Part shown: one piece after another, positions 37,101-50,379 of the stretch
Layout of the letters: each line of letters starts with the position of its first letter
Numbering within the stretch: the stretch's first letter is position 1
Assembly (NCBI GenBank): GCA_030704615.1
Contig: CM060731.1
Location: 8,432,001-8,496,000, forward strand
Origin: Takakia lepidozioides
Lineage: Eukaryota > Plantae > Bryophyta
DNA: 64,000 bases
Direction of reading: 5' to 3'
Program-made: the position numbers and the translations under genes
Notes under the pieces: model-generated
What the model saw: the letters and a program-made list of their open reading frames with translations, nothing else
What the model was told of the DNA's origin: nothing
The model's database searches: none

Positions 37101-37810
37101 GCATCACTAAAATGGAATAAAACAATACAATAAAACAAAATTTGGTCCTAAAACAGACTCTAAGCATCCCAAGAAAAGACAAAAAAACAATAAAAATAAA
37201 AATTCCGCAATAATCTCAATCAAGCACAGAAGGTGCCCATTTAATTGCATAGGCCCATCAAGAGAATGCCTGGACAATAGAATTGTTTGATGGATGGAGA
37301 GTAAATAACATAAGCCCACTCCATAAGATAGCCACAGTGAAGATGACATCAGACACAGTTATGAACACGCACTCACACAATAATAAAAGCTCGTTTGAAA
37401 TGCGGATGGGAAGGAAGGTGCGAGGCAATGCGAGCAACGTGATGGATTATGCGACAGACATGGAAAGATTACCTGCGAGATAGCAGCGGGATGATGCCGC
37501 TGAGCGTGGCGATGGCCACGATGCTGCGCCTTGATGGTCCCGCTGCGAGCTGCACGGGCAGAGTCTACAGGAATCTGATTGTGGGCAGCATCGCAGTCGG
37601 CAAGCTAGTTACAAGTGGAGGGCCAAAAGTCTACAGGCACCGGGGATGAAATGTGATGATGCTTTGATGCTAAGCTCTTATCAAATCCAACACGCCATGC
37701 GGTGTAAATTCTCAGATCAGCGGAGAACACCATGCAGATGAAGTAGATTTTCAGACCAGTGGGAGAGTGACAGAGAAGAGAGAAAGGGGATTCTGAGGAA
37801 AAAGCGATAC

Positions 37811-40598
37811 ATGACAGAGGGAGAGAGTGATAGAGGGAATTCAGGAGATTGGAAGTGTAGTGGTTCACCGATCTTCGTTCCAGATAGGGGCCAAATGTGT
37901 CCAATCTGTGAGGATGAGCAGTGTATTGGAGCCGAGGAAGTGACACAGCCAGAGGAGGTTATGCAGATCAAGGAAGGTTTGCCTTCGGGATTCAGTTTGT
38001 ATCTGAAAGATATACGGGATTCTCTCCGAAAATGTAAGAGAATGACCCAGCAGTGCACTTGTCAAGCAGATTTATCCAGGACTCTAAGCCTTCGACGGGC
38101 GGCAGTACGAGCTAATGCAGTCAGAGCAGAACCGGCTACACGGCTTTCACGATCTGTCCCGCATTCCGGTGATCTATCTTACACGAGAAAAGAATGTGCG
38201 AGGCCTACATCACAATCCGTGCCAAATTCTGGCGAGTTTCCCACATTGGTTGCCTTGAACAGAGTATGCGAAGTCTTAACGGAGCCCGACTCACAGAAGA
38301 AGAAGAGTCCCACGTTTTCGATATTGAGAAAACTCAAAAACCTCACCTACATGTCCACAAATGGGACAAGGCAGGAGATTGACGTGGGACAGGCATCAGC
38401 TGGAAGGGATGATGAAAGCTTTGAAGCCTGCGGAGCCAAGGTTTTATCTGTCAGCCAAAACCTGGATAGGGAACAAAAATCGAGAGAGCTTAATTCCAAC
38501 TTTCCGACTTCCAATGCAGGGACTTCACTGTGTGTTGTTCCGGAGAGTGATCTGGACACAACGTCCGGGCAGTTGAGCCTTGATCTGTTGTCCGACTTAG
38601 CTGTATCAGAATCTTCCATCTCCGGAATCCTTCTAGATGAAGATGATAATAAGAGCTTTCAAAGAGCGTCCATTACTGAAACTGAAATGTCAAGCGCCGT
38701 TGAGGACGACAGTGATAGTGACAGTGACAGTTCCTCAACTGTTCCCAGAACGAGTGCTTCAAGCCCCGGGCGGGATGATTGGACAAGCCAATCTATGGGG
38801 CCCTCTAATAGGCGAGGAGAGCTCGACATATACACGTTATCGGGGGAGAAGGGTGGCTCTCAAACTGATGTTGAAGACACAGGGTCTCCTAGTCAATCTG
38901 AAGCTGTTCAAACATCGAAATCCAGCTACGACACAGGTAAATAGTTCCGCTGTCACTTCTGATCTATATACTAGATCATATCTCTAATGCGTTGACAAAA
39001 TCTTGTTGTCAAATACTTGGACTAGTGGGAAAAATCAGTCCATATTATGCTGGCCACATAGTTGCTGGAATTTGAAGTCTTTATGGTTAGAGGATCGACA
39101 AGGCTGCAAGATCTCTTATCTGGAAGTCGATTTCCTGATGCTCATGGGGAGGTGACCATCTGACTCCAGCTCAACTAAGAGTGTAATGCCAGGAGTAGTT
39201 AACAATCGCTCAAATGTAAGATTATGTAGAATCATGAAATGATCTCGGGCGAAGTTCAAGGTGCAGTCTACTGATCATCAATTGTTGTCAAGCACAATTT
39301 CCTGTCCGTCCAGTTGCATCTTTCATTGAGCCCAGCGTGAAAAGGCGATAAGACCATTCATGATGCTCGAGCTCACTTACATCCTCCTATCGCGACGTGA
39401 TACTTAGTGCCATACAGACATGAGTAGATCAGGAAGGTTTTATTGAGGTTGTAGCACACGTTTTTCTTTTGTCCTTCCGTCATCCAAACGCCTCCATGAG
39501 CTTTCTACTCCTTTCAGACGCTGTACAATACTGGAGATAACGTACAAGCGATTCTTGGTCCAGAACCACATGTAATTTATTTTAGATCAATTACCTCATT
39601 TGCAATGTCTGGCACGACGTTGTCCATTTTGAATCCAGGTCAAAGCTCCCTTCTTGTACTGGAAGGCTGAGACCAACAAGAAGTCGACCTACACAACGAG
39701 CTCACAATACATGCAAACAGTACTTCATGTTGAGGTTTGAGGGTGTGCACTGGTCGCATGTAGCAGACCCGTGGCAGATCACGATCCTACGAGTTCTACT
39801 AACAATACCGAGTTCACATTTTCTTTCATGTATGCAGATGATGGATCTTCTGAATCGGCAATGCATCAAGACCTGAGTATTGAAGATACAACCTCTGCCG
39901 AAGAGATCAAGAAGAAGGTAGACTCTAGGGACATCGAGTTCAGGGTTCACGAAAGAACAGAAGGCGAGTCCAGCATTTGTACAGCTAACGAAACAATACA
40001 TGCCACTTCCATCTGTACGGCTCAGAAGCCTTCATCAGAAAGCATACACGGCCCAGACCCTTCAGGAATTTTCGAGGGGGAAGAAACTCCGGATGCCGGA
40101 GACATCACAGAACAAGATCATCGGGGCGGTGGCCACACCATGCAGGTGGCCACCAAAGTGGTCGTTTTATTAGGAAAATACGGGAATAGAAGAGGATTAC
40201 GTGTTGCCGGTCTCCCACCCATGCCAAAAGGGTTGCATAAGAGATCTCAGTCACTCAAGAATGAGACTAACAGCTTGTATAACAATATATCTCCAGAAGC
40301 TGCAACCACAGCATTTCAGGACGAGGTCGCGAAAATGATTCTAGAGGAAGGGGCCGATGGACAAGAGCTAATGGATGTCGAAGTCTTTCTGGATGGCTAC
40401 AGACAATTGAAGTCGCCATTCTATTTAGAGATTATGGAGGAATTCTTCAGGGCAGTGTGCTTGGATTGCTTCCAGATAACACCTATGGGCGCCGCGGCTT
40501 TATTGCCACCAGCATATGCTGGTCGAATCTCAAGCGGTATCTCCTTGCGTGCAGATTGTGAGCGAGCTTTCACAAATAAGCGAGGCATTTCTTGGTAG
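37811..40598 (+). CDS. Probable OVATE-family-like protein; exons ~37811-38936 and ~39778-40598 (extra small exons possible)
   Basis: Long Ser/acidic ORF ends at donor CAG|GTAAAT (phase 1), with a compatible acceptor GGCAG| at 39777. C-terminal AFQDEVAKMILEE...DVEVFLDGYRQLKSPFYLEIMEEFFRAVC resembles the OVATE domain. Confidence 0.6.
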
Positions 40599-42607
40599 TA
40601 ACCCGGTCTGAGCATCTCTTGTAAATCTCGCAGTCTGTACAATTACAATCTATCTATACTTTAATTTTCCATTTTCTTATGGGACAGAATTATCAAGTTT
40701 TGGGTATCGAGCTGTTGTCATCACTAGGATTATGCAAAGTAAGAGTTTTCTCCGGGTGTGATCCATAGTCATCTAGCACTTCATAATGAGCATTTGATTA
40801 CGACCCAGCTTCCTTCGCAAAGTTAGTAAGGAATCAACATTTCGGGATATCCAACCTTAAACTATACCCAGTATTGAACTCTTAGATTTCTGAGCTTGTG
40901 ATTAGAGTATTTGTTTGTGCTACGGAGGCAATCCATCGTTACTTCGAATGGCTGGAGAAAACCTTAAGATTAGTATGCCGACAATGCTTACTCTGCTACT
41001 GCCATTTCACATTACTATGATGATGAGATCCTGATGCTATGTCACCACATTGATAAATAGAGTTGTGCTTGATCAATGTTGGCAGTGTGCGAGTACAGTT
41101 ATTAGTGCCCGAGAATTTTTTTGTCATGTGAGATTGATATTCATCATCAGTGGTTATTTGTTAGAGTACCTTAAACCTGCCCTTATGTCAGATGCCAAGT
41201 TGTAACGGCAGAATGGACAGTGAAGTACATAAGAGACCGACATAAGAGGGACTAAGAATCAGGACTGCTAACATCAAATTTATTTAGTATCACTAATTAT
41301 ATGATGAGCTTCACTGATGGACGGAGGCCCAAGCTCAGTATCCTGCGGCAGCCATGGGGGGTTGCAGAGAGCGGGATCAGAACTCAGAACCCACAACACA
41401 CAGTAACAGCGTAAGAGTGAAGAGTGGGCCACGCGTGTACAAGTTGGCGAAGGAATGACGCCATTGCCCAAGTCAGCTTGTTTTTAAAAGCCTTTTTAAT
41501 CTCGCTGTGATGACCCCACCACGAGCGTCTTCTGGACCGGCAGGTCGGCACGAGGAAGTCGCGCTTATCACCTTGGGCTGACAGGCATCCAGCCATTCTG
41601 AGGGGGACTCTGCAGTGTTCTGTGCATTGACGACGACGACGGTGACGGGCAGACAGTTTAGTCTTACTGCAGCTCAACGTGTGCTGCTGTGACTGGTTGT
41701 TGGCCCAATTGCTGTCAGCTGAGACTAAAAAGAGGCAGATTCTTCCTGGTTTTTTCTATTCAGGTGATTGTATATAGACTTGTGTGTGTCCTCTGGAGCT
41801 GTTCAAAGCAGATTCTGTGCACTGGAGTGCTACGATACAAACTGCACCCAGATATTCTCTCCACGTCTCCGATGGTATTCCTCACCATCCGTCTGTGTTT
41901 CTCAATTTATTGTTGCAGCTACCAGTCGCCACACACAGCTGCTGGGATGCCAACTAAGGGAATGACGACAACCAGTGTAGTTGTCCTTACTATTTCTAGA
42001 GGGCTTGTGCATGTCTCCTCAACAAACTTCATATTCCTAAATCAGAAATACGGTTCACAAAGTCCTCAAATCTCCACGTAACCAGCTCTGTTTGACATTG
42101 CTCTCGCTCCATACAGGTGCATGATAAAGAGAAAGTCGACTTGGCAGCCTTACAATTTTTCTAGAGATGGGAAAGAGCAACAGAGACTCACAAGCCTTCA
42201 ATGTATGGCGGTGTTTTCGAGCTAGAGAGCTCGTAAAATTCCCAAGTCCTCGCTTGTACGATGACATCTTTCTCACCCACATTCATGTAGATGATTGCAA
42301 TACCAGTACATTTGCACACAAACTTCCTTTCAGTGAGCCAAAACTTGCATTAACCACACCTGCACATCTCACACCTACCTGCAACATACAGCTGCTGGCT
42401 TATGACTAATAAAAGTTATGCTTGCAAAGACTGGAGAGAAGCGTCACAGCACTTATCTGACATATCATCCTGGGCCCAGCTAGTGAGCTGAAGACATGAC
42501 AGCACAGAAAAACTGGCGAGCACTCCCATATGAGATATGGCTAGATCGTGGTCAAAACGATGCAGGTCGCGCTCCCCACTTTTGTACGTGACAATTGCAC
42601 GCTCAGA

Positions 42608-44491
42608 TTATACCGGTGTCCCTAATCGCCTAGAAAATTCAGAAACTATCTCCTTCACCGAGGCATAACTGCCAGTGCCTGCAGACATGCTTCTTCTGTG
42701 GTACTTACCTTCTTCACCCAACCCAACTTTCACAAGATCACTTGCAGAAGGCGACAGATTGTGTGCAACGTCCCTTATGGGGTCTGCATTATTCCGGCTG
42801 TCCGACTCCAATGCCACCCTACTCTCCCTCTCCAATTCTTCCCCCAGACTATGCCCTGGCATTGGCAGCTCTTTGAGCAGTACCTCATCTTCGATATCAC
42901 GAGGACTGGCTTTGACAGCTGCAGGTTCTTCAAAATTCTCGCCGCAAATCATTGCAACTTGGACAGCACTACTCTTGACATTGGACATTACCTCTTTAAC
43001 CGATGCCTTTCTACCATCTGCATTTCTAGTAGCAGCTATGGTATTGTCATCAAGGGCACTGTCGGCGCTCCACCGTCGCCCACCGTTGCGCTTCTGCTCT
43101 GATGAGCAGCAGCCCCGAGATGGGGCCACTCCTGCTCCAGAACAGCTTCTTCGCCTTGCAGGTGTGAAGTTAGGGGACTTAGCTCGTGTTGGCGGAGTTT
43201 TCTTTAACTCGACCTTTGGTGGTGGAGGTTCTTGGTAGAAGCTTGGAACAGGGTTCGCTTTATAAGACAGTCTCCGGCGCATCTCTTTAAACTGTGCATC
43301 CTTTTCTTCCTGTAACTTTGCCTCCATCCGTTTTTTCTCTGCTTCCTTTGCCTTGAGTCTTTCTTCCAGCTGTAAGTAGAACTCTCTCCGTTTCTCCGCG
43401 CGTTCATCACATTTGAATTTGAAGGTGATTGTGGTGGTTGCGGTTGTGGCAGGCAAGTTGGCCTTAACCTTGAGTGCTGGATATGACGACACTGGCTTAT
43501 TATCCTCCTTGACGACCTTTCGATTTGCTTCCTTAGTACTTTGCGTCCTGACAGCATATTTACCATTCCTCGCGCTTTCAGCTGGTATGGGCTTCATAGA
43601 TTGCTTGAATGGAAGCTTATCTGAGTCCCGTCCAAACTTCCGTGAAGCTGCAAAATATGAACCATCACTATAGGTGGGAGAGTCACGATCTGGAAAACGA
43701 CCCGCCTGTCTCTCTGTTGTCAGTGCAGTTGGGTCTGGCAAAGGATAAGCTGCGATGGGCCTTGGTTTTGATATTGCTCTTGGGCTGTATAGACCGCGAG
43801 CTGCATTCTCATCAACTGTCGACTCTCCTTTCCCAGGGGACTTGACTTTAATATGGGAAAGTCCATCTGTATGTACTTTTGAGTGAATCTTCAACGCAGC
43901 ATGCTGCAGCTGTCCGTCCGGATCAGCAGATGCGCGCAGATTGGATACCCGGGGACCAGCATGTGAATTTTTCTTTGTCACATTCGATTCCATCTTCACT
44001 AACTTCCCCTGGGGATTCCCCACATTCATCCCAACCAAATTGCCATTTTCCTTCGAGCCTAAACTGTCCTTGGAATTCCTTCTAAGCAACTCAGTATTGA
44101 TCTTACCAGTCTCAGTCTTACCACCTTCTGCTATGACAATTTTCCCTGCATCTTCCTGCTTAGAGTCCTGGGCCAAGACAGGAAATCTAACCTCACCTCC
44201 TCTTGCCCCCACAACAACAACATGCTTTCTGACCTCCACGGGGTCCGCTGTTTGATCACCGCATTGTAACTCGATGTCGTCTTTCTGTCGTTTCTGTCCC
44301 CCACCAGCTGTAGCGGAGTTGTTCAAAATCTTGCCTATAGGGTCCTTGTGGGACGAGAGTAACCGATCACCATTTCGTCGACCCAGGCCTAGATCTGAAA
44401 ACAGCGCTCCTGCTGTTAATGAGGACTCGACATTCACGGTATCAAAGGAAGGAATATCAAACCGGAAATCATCGTCCCCTGCGTCACCCAT
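42608..44491 (-). CDS. TPX2-domain / WVD2-like (WDL) microtubule-associated protein, intronless
   Basis: FKCDERAEKRREFYLQLEER...RRRLSYKANPVPSFYQEPPPPKVELKKTPPTRAKSPNF; one ORF from the ATG at 44491. Confidence 0.92.
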   Translation of the reverse strand: MGDAGDDDFRFDIPSFDTVNVESSLTAGALFSDLGLGRRNGDRLLSSHKDPIGKILNNSATAGGGQKRQKDDIELQCGDQTADPVEVRKHVVVVGARGGEVRFPVLAQDSKQEDAGKIVIAEGGKTETGKINTELLRRNSKDSLGSKENGNLVGMNVGNPQGKLVKMESNVTKKNSHAGPRVSNLRASADPDGQLQHAALKIHSKVHTDGLSHIKVKSPGKGESTVDENAARGLYSPRAISKPRPIAAYPLPDPTALTTERQAGRFPDRDSPTYSDGSYFAASRKFGRDSDKLPFKQSMKPIPAESARNGKYAVRTQSTKEANRKVVKEDNKPVSSYPALKVKANLPATTATTTITFKFKCDERAEKRREFYLQLEERLKAKEAEKKRMEAKLQEEKDAQFKEMRRRLSYKANPVPSFYQEPPPPKVELKKTPPTRAKSPNFTPARRRSCSGAGVAPSRGCCSSEQKRNGGRRWSADSALDDNTIAATRNADGRKASVKEVMSNVKSSAVQVAMICGENFEEPAAVKASPRDIEDEVLLKELPMPGHSLGEELERESRVALESDSRNNADPIRDVAHNLSPSASDLVKVGLGEEGKYHRRSMSAGTGSYASVKEIVSEFSRRLGTPV

Positions 44492-44796
44492 TTCTGAAAC
44501 AGTCTTCACTTTTCTTCCTTGCAGGCTGAAGCTAGGTTTCTACTCAAACAGGAACAAGCTGTTCATCATGCGAATATCAACAAAACTTACTCAGATCTGC
44601 GCAGCAAGCTTAAACCCATCTTTCTCAGCTTGTCTAGAACTGCTAAATTTCTTGTGTATGTCTAAAACACAGCACCGTCCGTCGTCTGACTCATTGCCAC
44701 CCTCTTCAAAATGTATTGGGTGAGTCAAACCCACCACCAACGCGCTCCGGATCAGCTGTATAAATCGATCCTACCCATATCTTTACCTCCTGCTTA

Positions 44797-44799
<3 letters not shown>

Positions 44800-44830
<31 letters not shown>
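44800..44830. repeat. (CT)n microsatellite upstream of the WDL gene
   Basis: Direct observation. Confidence 0.9.
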
Positions 44831-44833
<3 letters not shown>

Positions 44834-45214
44834 ATTCCCGGCTTGTCACACGTCTTTCCCACACAGACCTGCCTCCTGCAGGTTATTTTTGCAACTTGTT
44901 GGAGAGGCCAACGAATCCGAGTCTTCACAAGCAGCCCGACTGTCCGGAGCGATTCTGTTGCACAGTGAGAGCAATGACGGTAGGTCGAAGCACAGAGCAC
45001 TGGGTATATTGAAATAGAAGAATGGTTTATGGAAGCTTTAAAAAGACTCGCCAAGCTGGTCTCAGGGTCCACCATAAAAAATGTTGATCCTACCTGATCT
45101 TCCACCTGCTGCTACAGCCCAGCACAGGACACTACATCATGAAACACCCACAAGCTCACAAGCAATGCCCTCCTGCTTCTCCTCCTAAGCGAGTGGGATT
45201 CTCATTACACTGTG

Positions 45215-45348
45215 TTTCACAGGGGGTAATAAGATGACTGTGAACTGACACTCTGCCTGACGCTCTGCATGCAAAACTAGGATGCAGGTAGGATGCAGAG
45301 CGTCAGGCAGAGTGTCAGTTCACAGTCATCTTATTACCCCCTGTGAAA
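45215..45348. repeat. Perfect 56-bp inverted repeat with 22-nt loop
   Basis: 45215-45270 is the exact reverse complement of 45293-45348. Confidence 0.95.
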
Positions 45349-45785
45349 GACTTGATAGGGATAGATTCCGAATACGTATGTATAATTTCCAGATACGTAT
45401 TTAGAATCGAAATTACGCCATATTCTTAGAAATATTCCACCTCTAGTTACTGAAGGAATAAACCAGTGCCATCCTATAAAGAAATTCAACACACCCTCAA
45501 TGAGCCTTGTGCTAAAAGTAGTTGCTAACTGTGCTAAAAGTAGTTGCGGACTTTAGTAGTTGCTAACAATACCTTCCCATTAGGGCACTGAGTTGCAGTA
45601 GTGCTCTATCCAATTGAGCTAACCACTGAGCAAGTTCTTCTATGGACACCTAAACATCCCCATCTGTAGACTGTCTTTAACACACAAGCCGCAAGGCGTT
45701 ATGGCTCCACCGTTATAAATAAAACAATTGGAGAATATATATTATGACTAGCTAACATTTTGCACTGGTATAAAACTGTATATAC

Positions 45786-46833
45786 CAGTGTTGGACTGGT
45801 ATCGTATTTTGAACACACCAGGCTGGTACTGGTATATAGGCCTCCGGCCCATTGTGATAGCAGGGAGGTACTGGTATTGGCAAAAATGTGAGGTTTGGAT
45901 ACCGTGGTGGCATCAATAATACCTTTATTGGTGTAGTGTTTTACGGTATCAATAGCAAGAGTTTTTAGAAATCGATACCAGGGTATTATTGATATGATAC
46001 TGGTCTGGTGTAAAAAATACTCATGATATGTTAAATATTGAAAGGCCCACTTCTCATATAAATGTAAGCATGCTTCTCATTGATTTTATTCCTCAAGTAT
46101 TCCTCAAGTTTCTCACCTAGGTTTTCCTCACAAATATGGATATGGTACTGGTATCAGGTACCAGATTTTCAACCACCTACCAGACTGGTAGGGTATCGTC
46201 CACAATATTAGGAAGCAGATACCAGGCCAATACGGGTATATGCTAGGTAGTGGCCTGAGGTGATACCAGACTGGTTTGGTACTTCATACCAATATACATA
46301 CTAGTATTATACCAGTTTCATATCGGTACACCAGTCCAACACTGTTATTCACCAGTGTTGTTCTGGTATCAGGTTTAGGACATACCAGTCTGGTCCTGGT
46401 ACCGTACGTATCACAAAACTTTCATACCAGTCAGGTCTATATAATGGTGGATATATATTTTTTCCAGATACTAGTATGAGTATGAGTATCATGACCACTT
46501 TCCAGCTGGTATGAGATATCAATTCTGGTATGTCATTTCAAAGCCATCTTTGAATTGCAAGTTTATCAAATATCAAGTATCAGGTGAAAACAAATAAAAT
46601 ACACAATGAAATAAATATACATAAGTACGAGTATGTAGGCCTATGTACAGATAGCAGAGTAAATGAGGAAGACGGGGGGGGGGGAGCATTGGTATTGTGG
46701 CTAGTATGAAAAAACTGATACCAGCCTGGTTTGGTATATGACCAAGTATTCTCTCCCAAATGATACAAGATTGGTCTGGTGTCTAATACCAGTACATATA
46801 CCAGTCCTTCACCTATATACTAGTCCAACACTG
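45786..46833. mobile_element. hAT-like MITE
   Basis: TIRs CAGTGTTGGACT / AGTCCAACACTG; 8-bp flanks GTATATAC / GTATATAA; dense CTGGTAT/ATACCAG subterminal repeats. Confidence 0.8.
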
Positions 46834-46946
46834 GTATATAATCTTTTCCTTCCAGTAACAGTCCAATATGTCAAATTTGGACCCAAATTCAACCAGGTCG
46901 GTTGAATTAATATCAGTAAAAGTGCAGCAAACAAACTAGGTACTTA

Positions 46947-47272
46947 GGGCGGATATACAGTCATTAGGATATCAACAGCAGGATATCAATGTATCCGGAC
47001 CCGGAACAGGCACTTTTTAGTATCCGGTTTAGATGCATAACCGGCGGATATAAAAATACGAAACAAAATCCTGTACCCACTGTAATACCCGGCGGATATC
47101 CGGCCAATACCCGGCGGAACTCAGCCCTAAACTTAATAACCGGATGCATACCTGCATCCCTTGTTTGCAATGTTGGTAATACCTGGTCCAACCGACAAAT
47201 ATCTAAAACCAAAAGTTTTTAATATCCGGAACCGGCGTATATGAAAAAAAGGTGTAGATCCGCCCAACACTG
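46947..47272. mobile_element. Second hAT-like MITE (left TIR eroded)
   Basis: GGGCGGATATAC ... GTAGATCCGCCCAACACTG|GTATATAC; ATCCGG/CCGGAT motifs. Confidence 0.55.
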
Positions 47273-47714
47273 GTATATACCCTGACCTAGAGGTATCTTC
47301 CTAACCCCATCCATCCACATGGATGAACCTTACAATCTCATCCCTACCAACAAGGAGAACACCGTCACAGTCACATTTGACGTCAAGGGGAGATTATAAC
47401 TTCTACATATGACATACATTGGAGCCAAAGTGAAAATTGCATTAGAAAATTGATTTGACTGTGGTAATTCACCAATTTTCACATTTTTCTTGGGTGAATG
47501 GCCTACACATTCGGGATGAGGAGCACATAGTAGGTCCTCTCTGAAGATTTCCGACTGAAAGTTCAAATGTAAAGCGGGTGCTTTGTATGTGTAGGAGGCT
47601 TAATTGCCCCAATTTACACTAATCAGCCCAAAGCTCCTAAGCTGTTTGGAATCCAAATTCCAATGGTGAGTATGCAAAGCTACAATGCAAAGTACACAAA
47701 AAACATTTCAAGTT

Positions 47715-49445
47715 CAAAATTTGGATAGGGATTTTCTGAATTTCCGGCCATTGCCAAGTTAGGCATTTAGGTGCCGGACCGGTGCCTCTTTGGACACTAT
47801 CCGGGCGGGGGTAACCCATGATTTCATCAGGGTTGTGAATCAAATCATACATTTGGCCGGAAACCACCCCTGACCACGCCGTCTACCCAACCCGCCTAAC
47901 TATTATCTCTCAACCATCGTATCTCTTCACTTCAGCATGATGAAACGCAACCAAAACTGAGGGGGACTCAAACCCCCCTAATCTGCCCCTTTGTGCAGAC
48001 AGCTCCTGCCCGCTCCCCACCCACCAAGCAGCCGCCAAACAGCCCCCACACCCCACCAATGCCACAAACCATGTCATGCTTCAAAAAATGGCAATCGCTC
48101 AACCAAAAGGAACAACCCACTCCGCAATGTACCGTACGGTCAGCCACCAAAGCAACCAAAACAAAACACTTACAGCCTAGCAATGCATACCCGACCTCAA
48201 CAACAAACAGCTAAGGGAATTACGAAGAGCCCAACTCATCAAATCTCGGAATCCCAATGTTCATTGAAACACTCAAGGTAGGACCAACTCTAACACAGGC
48301 ACACTCTACATAAAAACCCCTACAAAGCCTCCAGCCAGCATGCACCAAAAACACATATAAAATGAACTATGGCACTGACAATGATGTTTCTGACGGTGGA
48401 AAACCATGCATAAATGACGAAGAGTGGAATGTGACAAGTGGTGCACATCTGAAGCCCCCGGCACCAAGACAGTTGTCGTTTTCAATGCTGCCCAAGTGCC
48501 TATTGTAAGTGAATGAGCCGTGGCCAAGCAAAACTCTAGGTGAGACACAGCTCGCACGCCCATGCCCTTTGGCGGATACAAACAATATATGTGAATTCAC
48601 CGTTGTGGTGTCCACAAAAATTAAATAAATAAATATGCCACCACTTGCAGGTTTAAAGCGGCATACTATAAGCTCCTCGGAGCTGGTCTTGCACGTCCAC
48701 ACCACGCATGCAAGCCTGATACTCCACATGCATTGGCACAGACGGCATTGAGACCCTGGCATTCTCCACAAATCGTTTAACATTCACAGGTGAATTCGGG
48801 CCCAATGCTAGCCAAGCTGATGATGACACCATGAACATTCTCTTCTTGTCCCACCAGAGACATGTAGCAATCTATCAGGTGCTATGCATTTTGAACCAAG
48901 TATATCCTAAGTGTTTAGCATTCTTGCTTTTTTTCAAGCATGTCAAGGAAGGAGGCAACCTCTTTCAATTCAACCTTATTGTCCCAGTGGCCCAGGTCCC
49001 TTGCAAAGCCAAGTCATACAACAATTGGGGAAAAGTGAAGTAATTGACACTGACCACTATGTGCTCCCTGCATGAAATCCAAAGTCCAGGCACTAGGCGG
49101 GTTACTACATCATATCCCTCTCATTTAGTCCGACTTTCATCTTATGCCAAGGGGACCCCATTTTTCTCACAATACATACCAAAATGGCTAACTTAGCTAG
49201 CACTAGACAAAATTGGCAAGTGCCCACACCTTTATGCCCCACTTGATAGGTTTGTTTGGCGTATATTGGCGGATCGCACAATATTTCGGAATCCCCTTGT
49301 ACTTGATCATGATCTCATTCCCGTCAATAGTTGGCCAAATTCCAGTGTGACCTACACTTCATAGCTATTTCCTTACACAACCATCGCACCTTGCCCAACT
49401 TGTCAAATTGGTCATTGCTTCGATCAGAGACCAATGTCACATTAC
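47715..49445 (-). mobile_element. Degenerate piggyBac copy (3' half), same family as 26524-30215
   Basis: TLVSDRSNDQFDKLGKVRWLC, VPMHVEYQACMRGVDVQDQLRGAY, VDTTTVNSHI, HLEFCLA; 3' non-coding similarity (GGGATTTT.TGAA.TTTCCGGCC; TGAGGGGGA.TC.AACCCCC). Confidence 0.88.
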
Positions 49446-50379
49446 ACAACAACCACATTGGCAAAAAGTCACCAGCCATTTCACTGAAATTATGGTGATT
49501 TTGGACATAATCACTCAGAAAAAATTTGGTCACAAAAGACAAGTTGTTTTAGACATCGGGTTGTTTCATACATTAGTTATTTGTGACTAGTAAGGAGAAT
49601 CACCATGATGTGGCACGCAATATGGTGATTTAAAGAACTATGGATAAATTATTCAAATCATTATTCTTACAAAATATAATATATAGTTAAAGTTTGTATT
49701 ACTTTTACTAGATTTAAATGTTAATACTTTGGTCATAAATCACTCTAAGAATACCACATGGCGACATTTGTGCACCAAGTGTTTGTAATTTGTACCAAGA
49801 TGGTGTGGAGAAGAATCATTTGGTGCTTTGAGTCACTACAAATGATTGGAGCATTCTTGACCACGATTGTGCCATGTATTTTGTCAGAGCATATATACAT
49901 ATATATAATTTAAATATATTATATATTACATATAAGAATAATATCGTAATATTGGCACGTAATATTACATCAATACATGAAGCGAGACGTTTGTTTTGTT
50001 TTGTAGCGTCGTTGAGATCTCCCAAACCGCGGGCCCAGCGCGGGTGCTTGGTGCCGTTGGAAAGCCCTTGGTGAGGAGGGGTGCACCGGCTTGGTCTCAT
50101 GATTTTTGGACCAGCGGTGTGGGAGATCTGGAATTTCAAGTGCTTTGGGTCATTGGAAATTCGAGAAAAAATAGCAAAGTGGGCTTTCCTGGAGCAATGA
50201 TTGGCCCTTCATGTGGGAGATTTGGAATTTCCAATACTTTTGGTCGCTGGAAATTCGCAAAAAATAGCAAAGTGGATATATCAATATATGAAGCCTTGAG
50301 AGGGGAGATTGCAAAAATAGCAAAGTGGGCAATGACATAGAGATCTCACAAATTGTAGGTCTTTGGATACATTGGGGGT

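Noticed and set aside
42675-44723. Plus-strand ORFs overlapping the WDL gene
   Set aside because: Antisense shadows of a real CDS.
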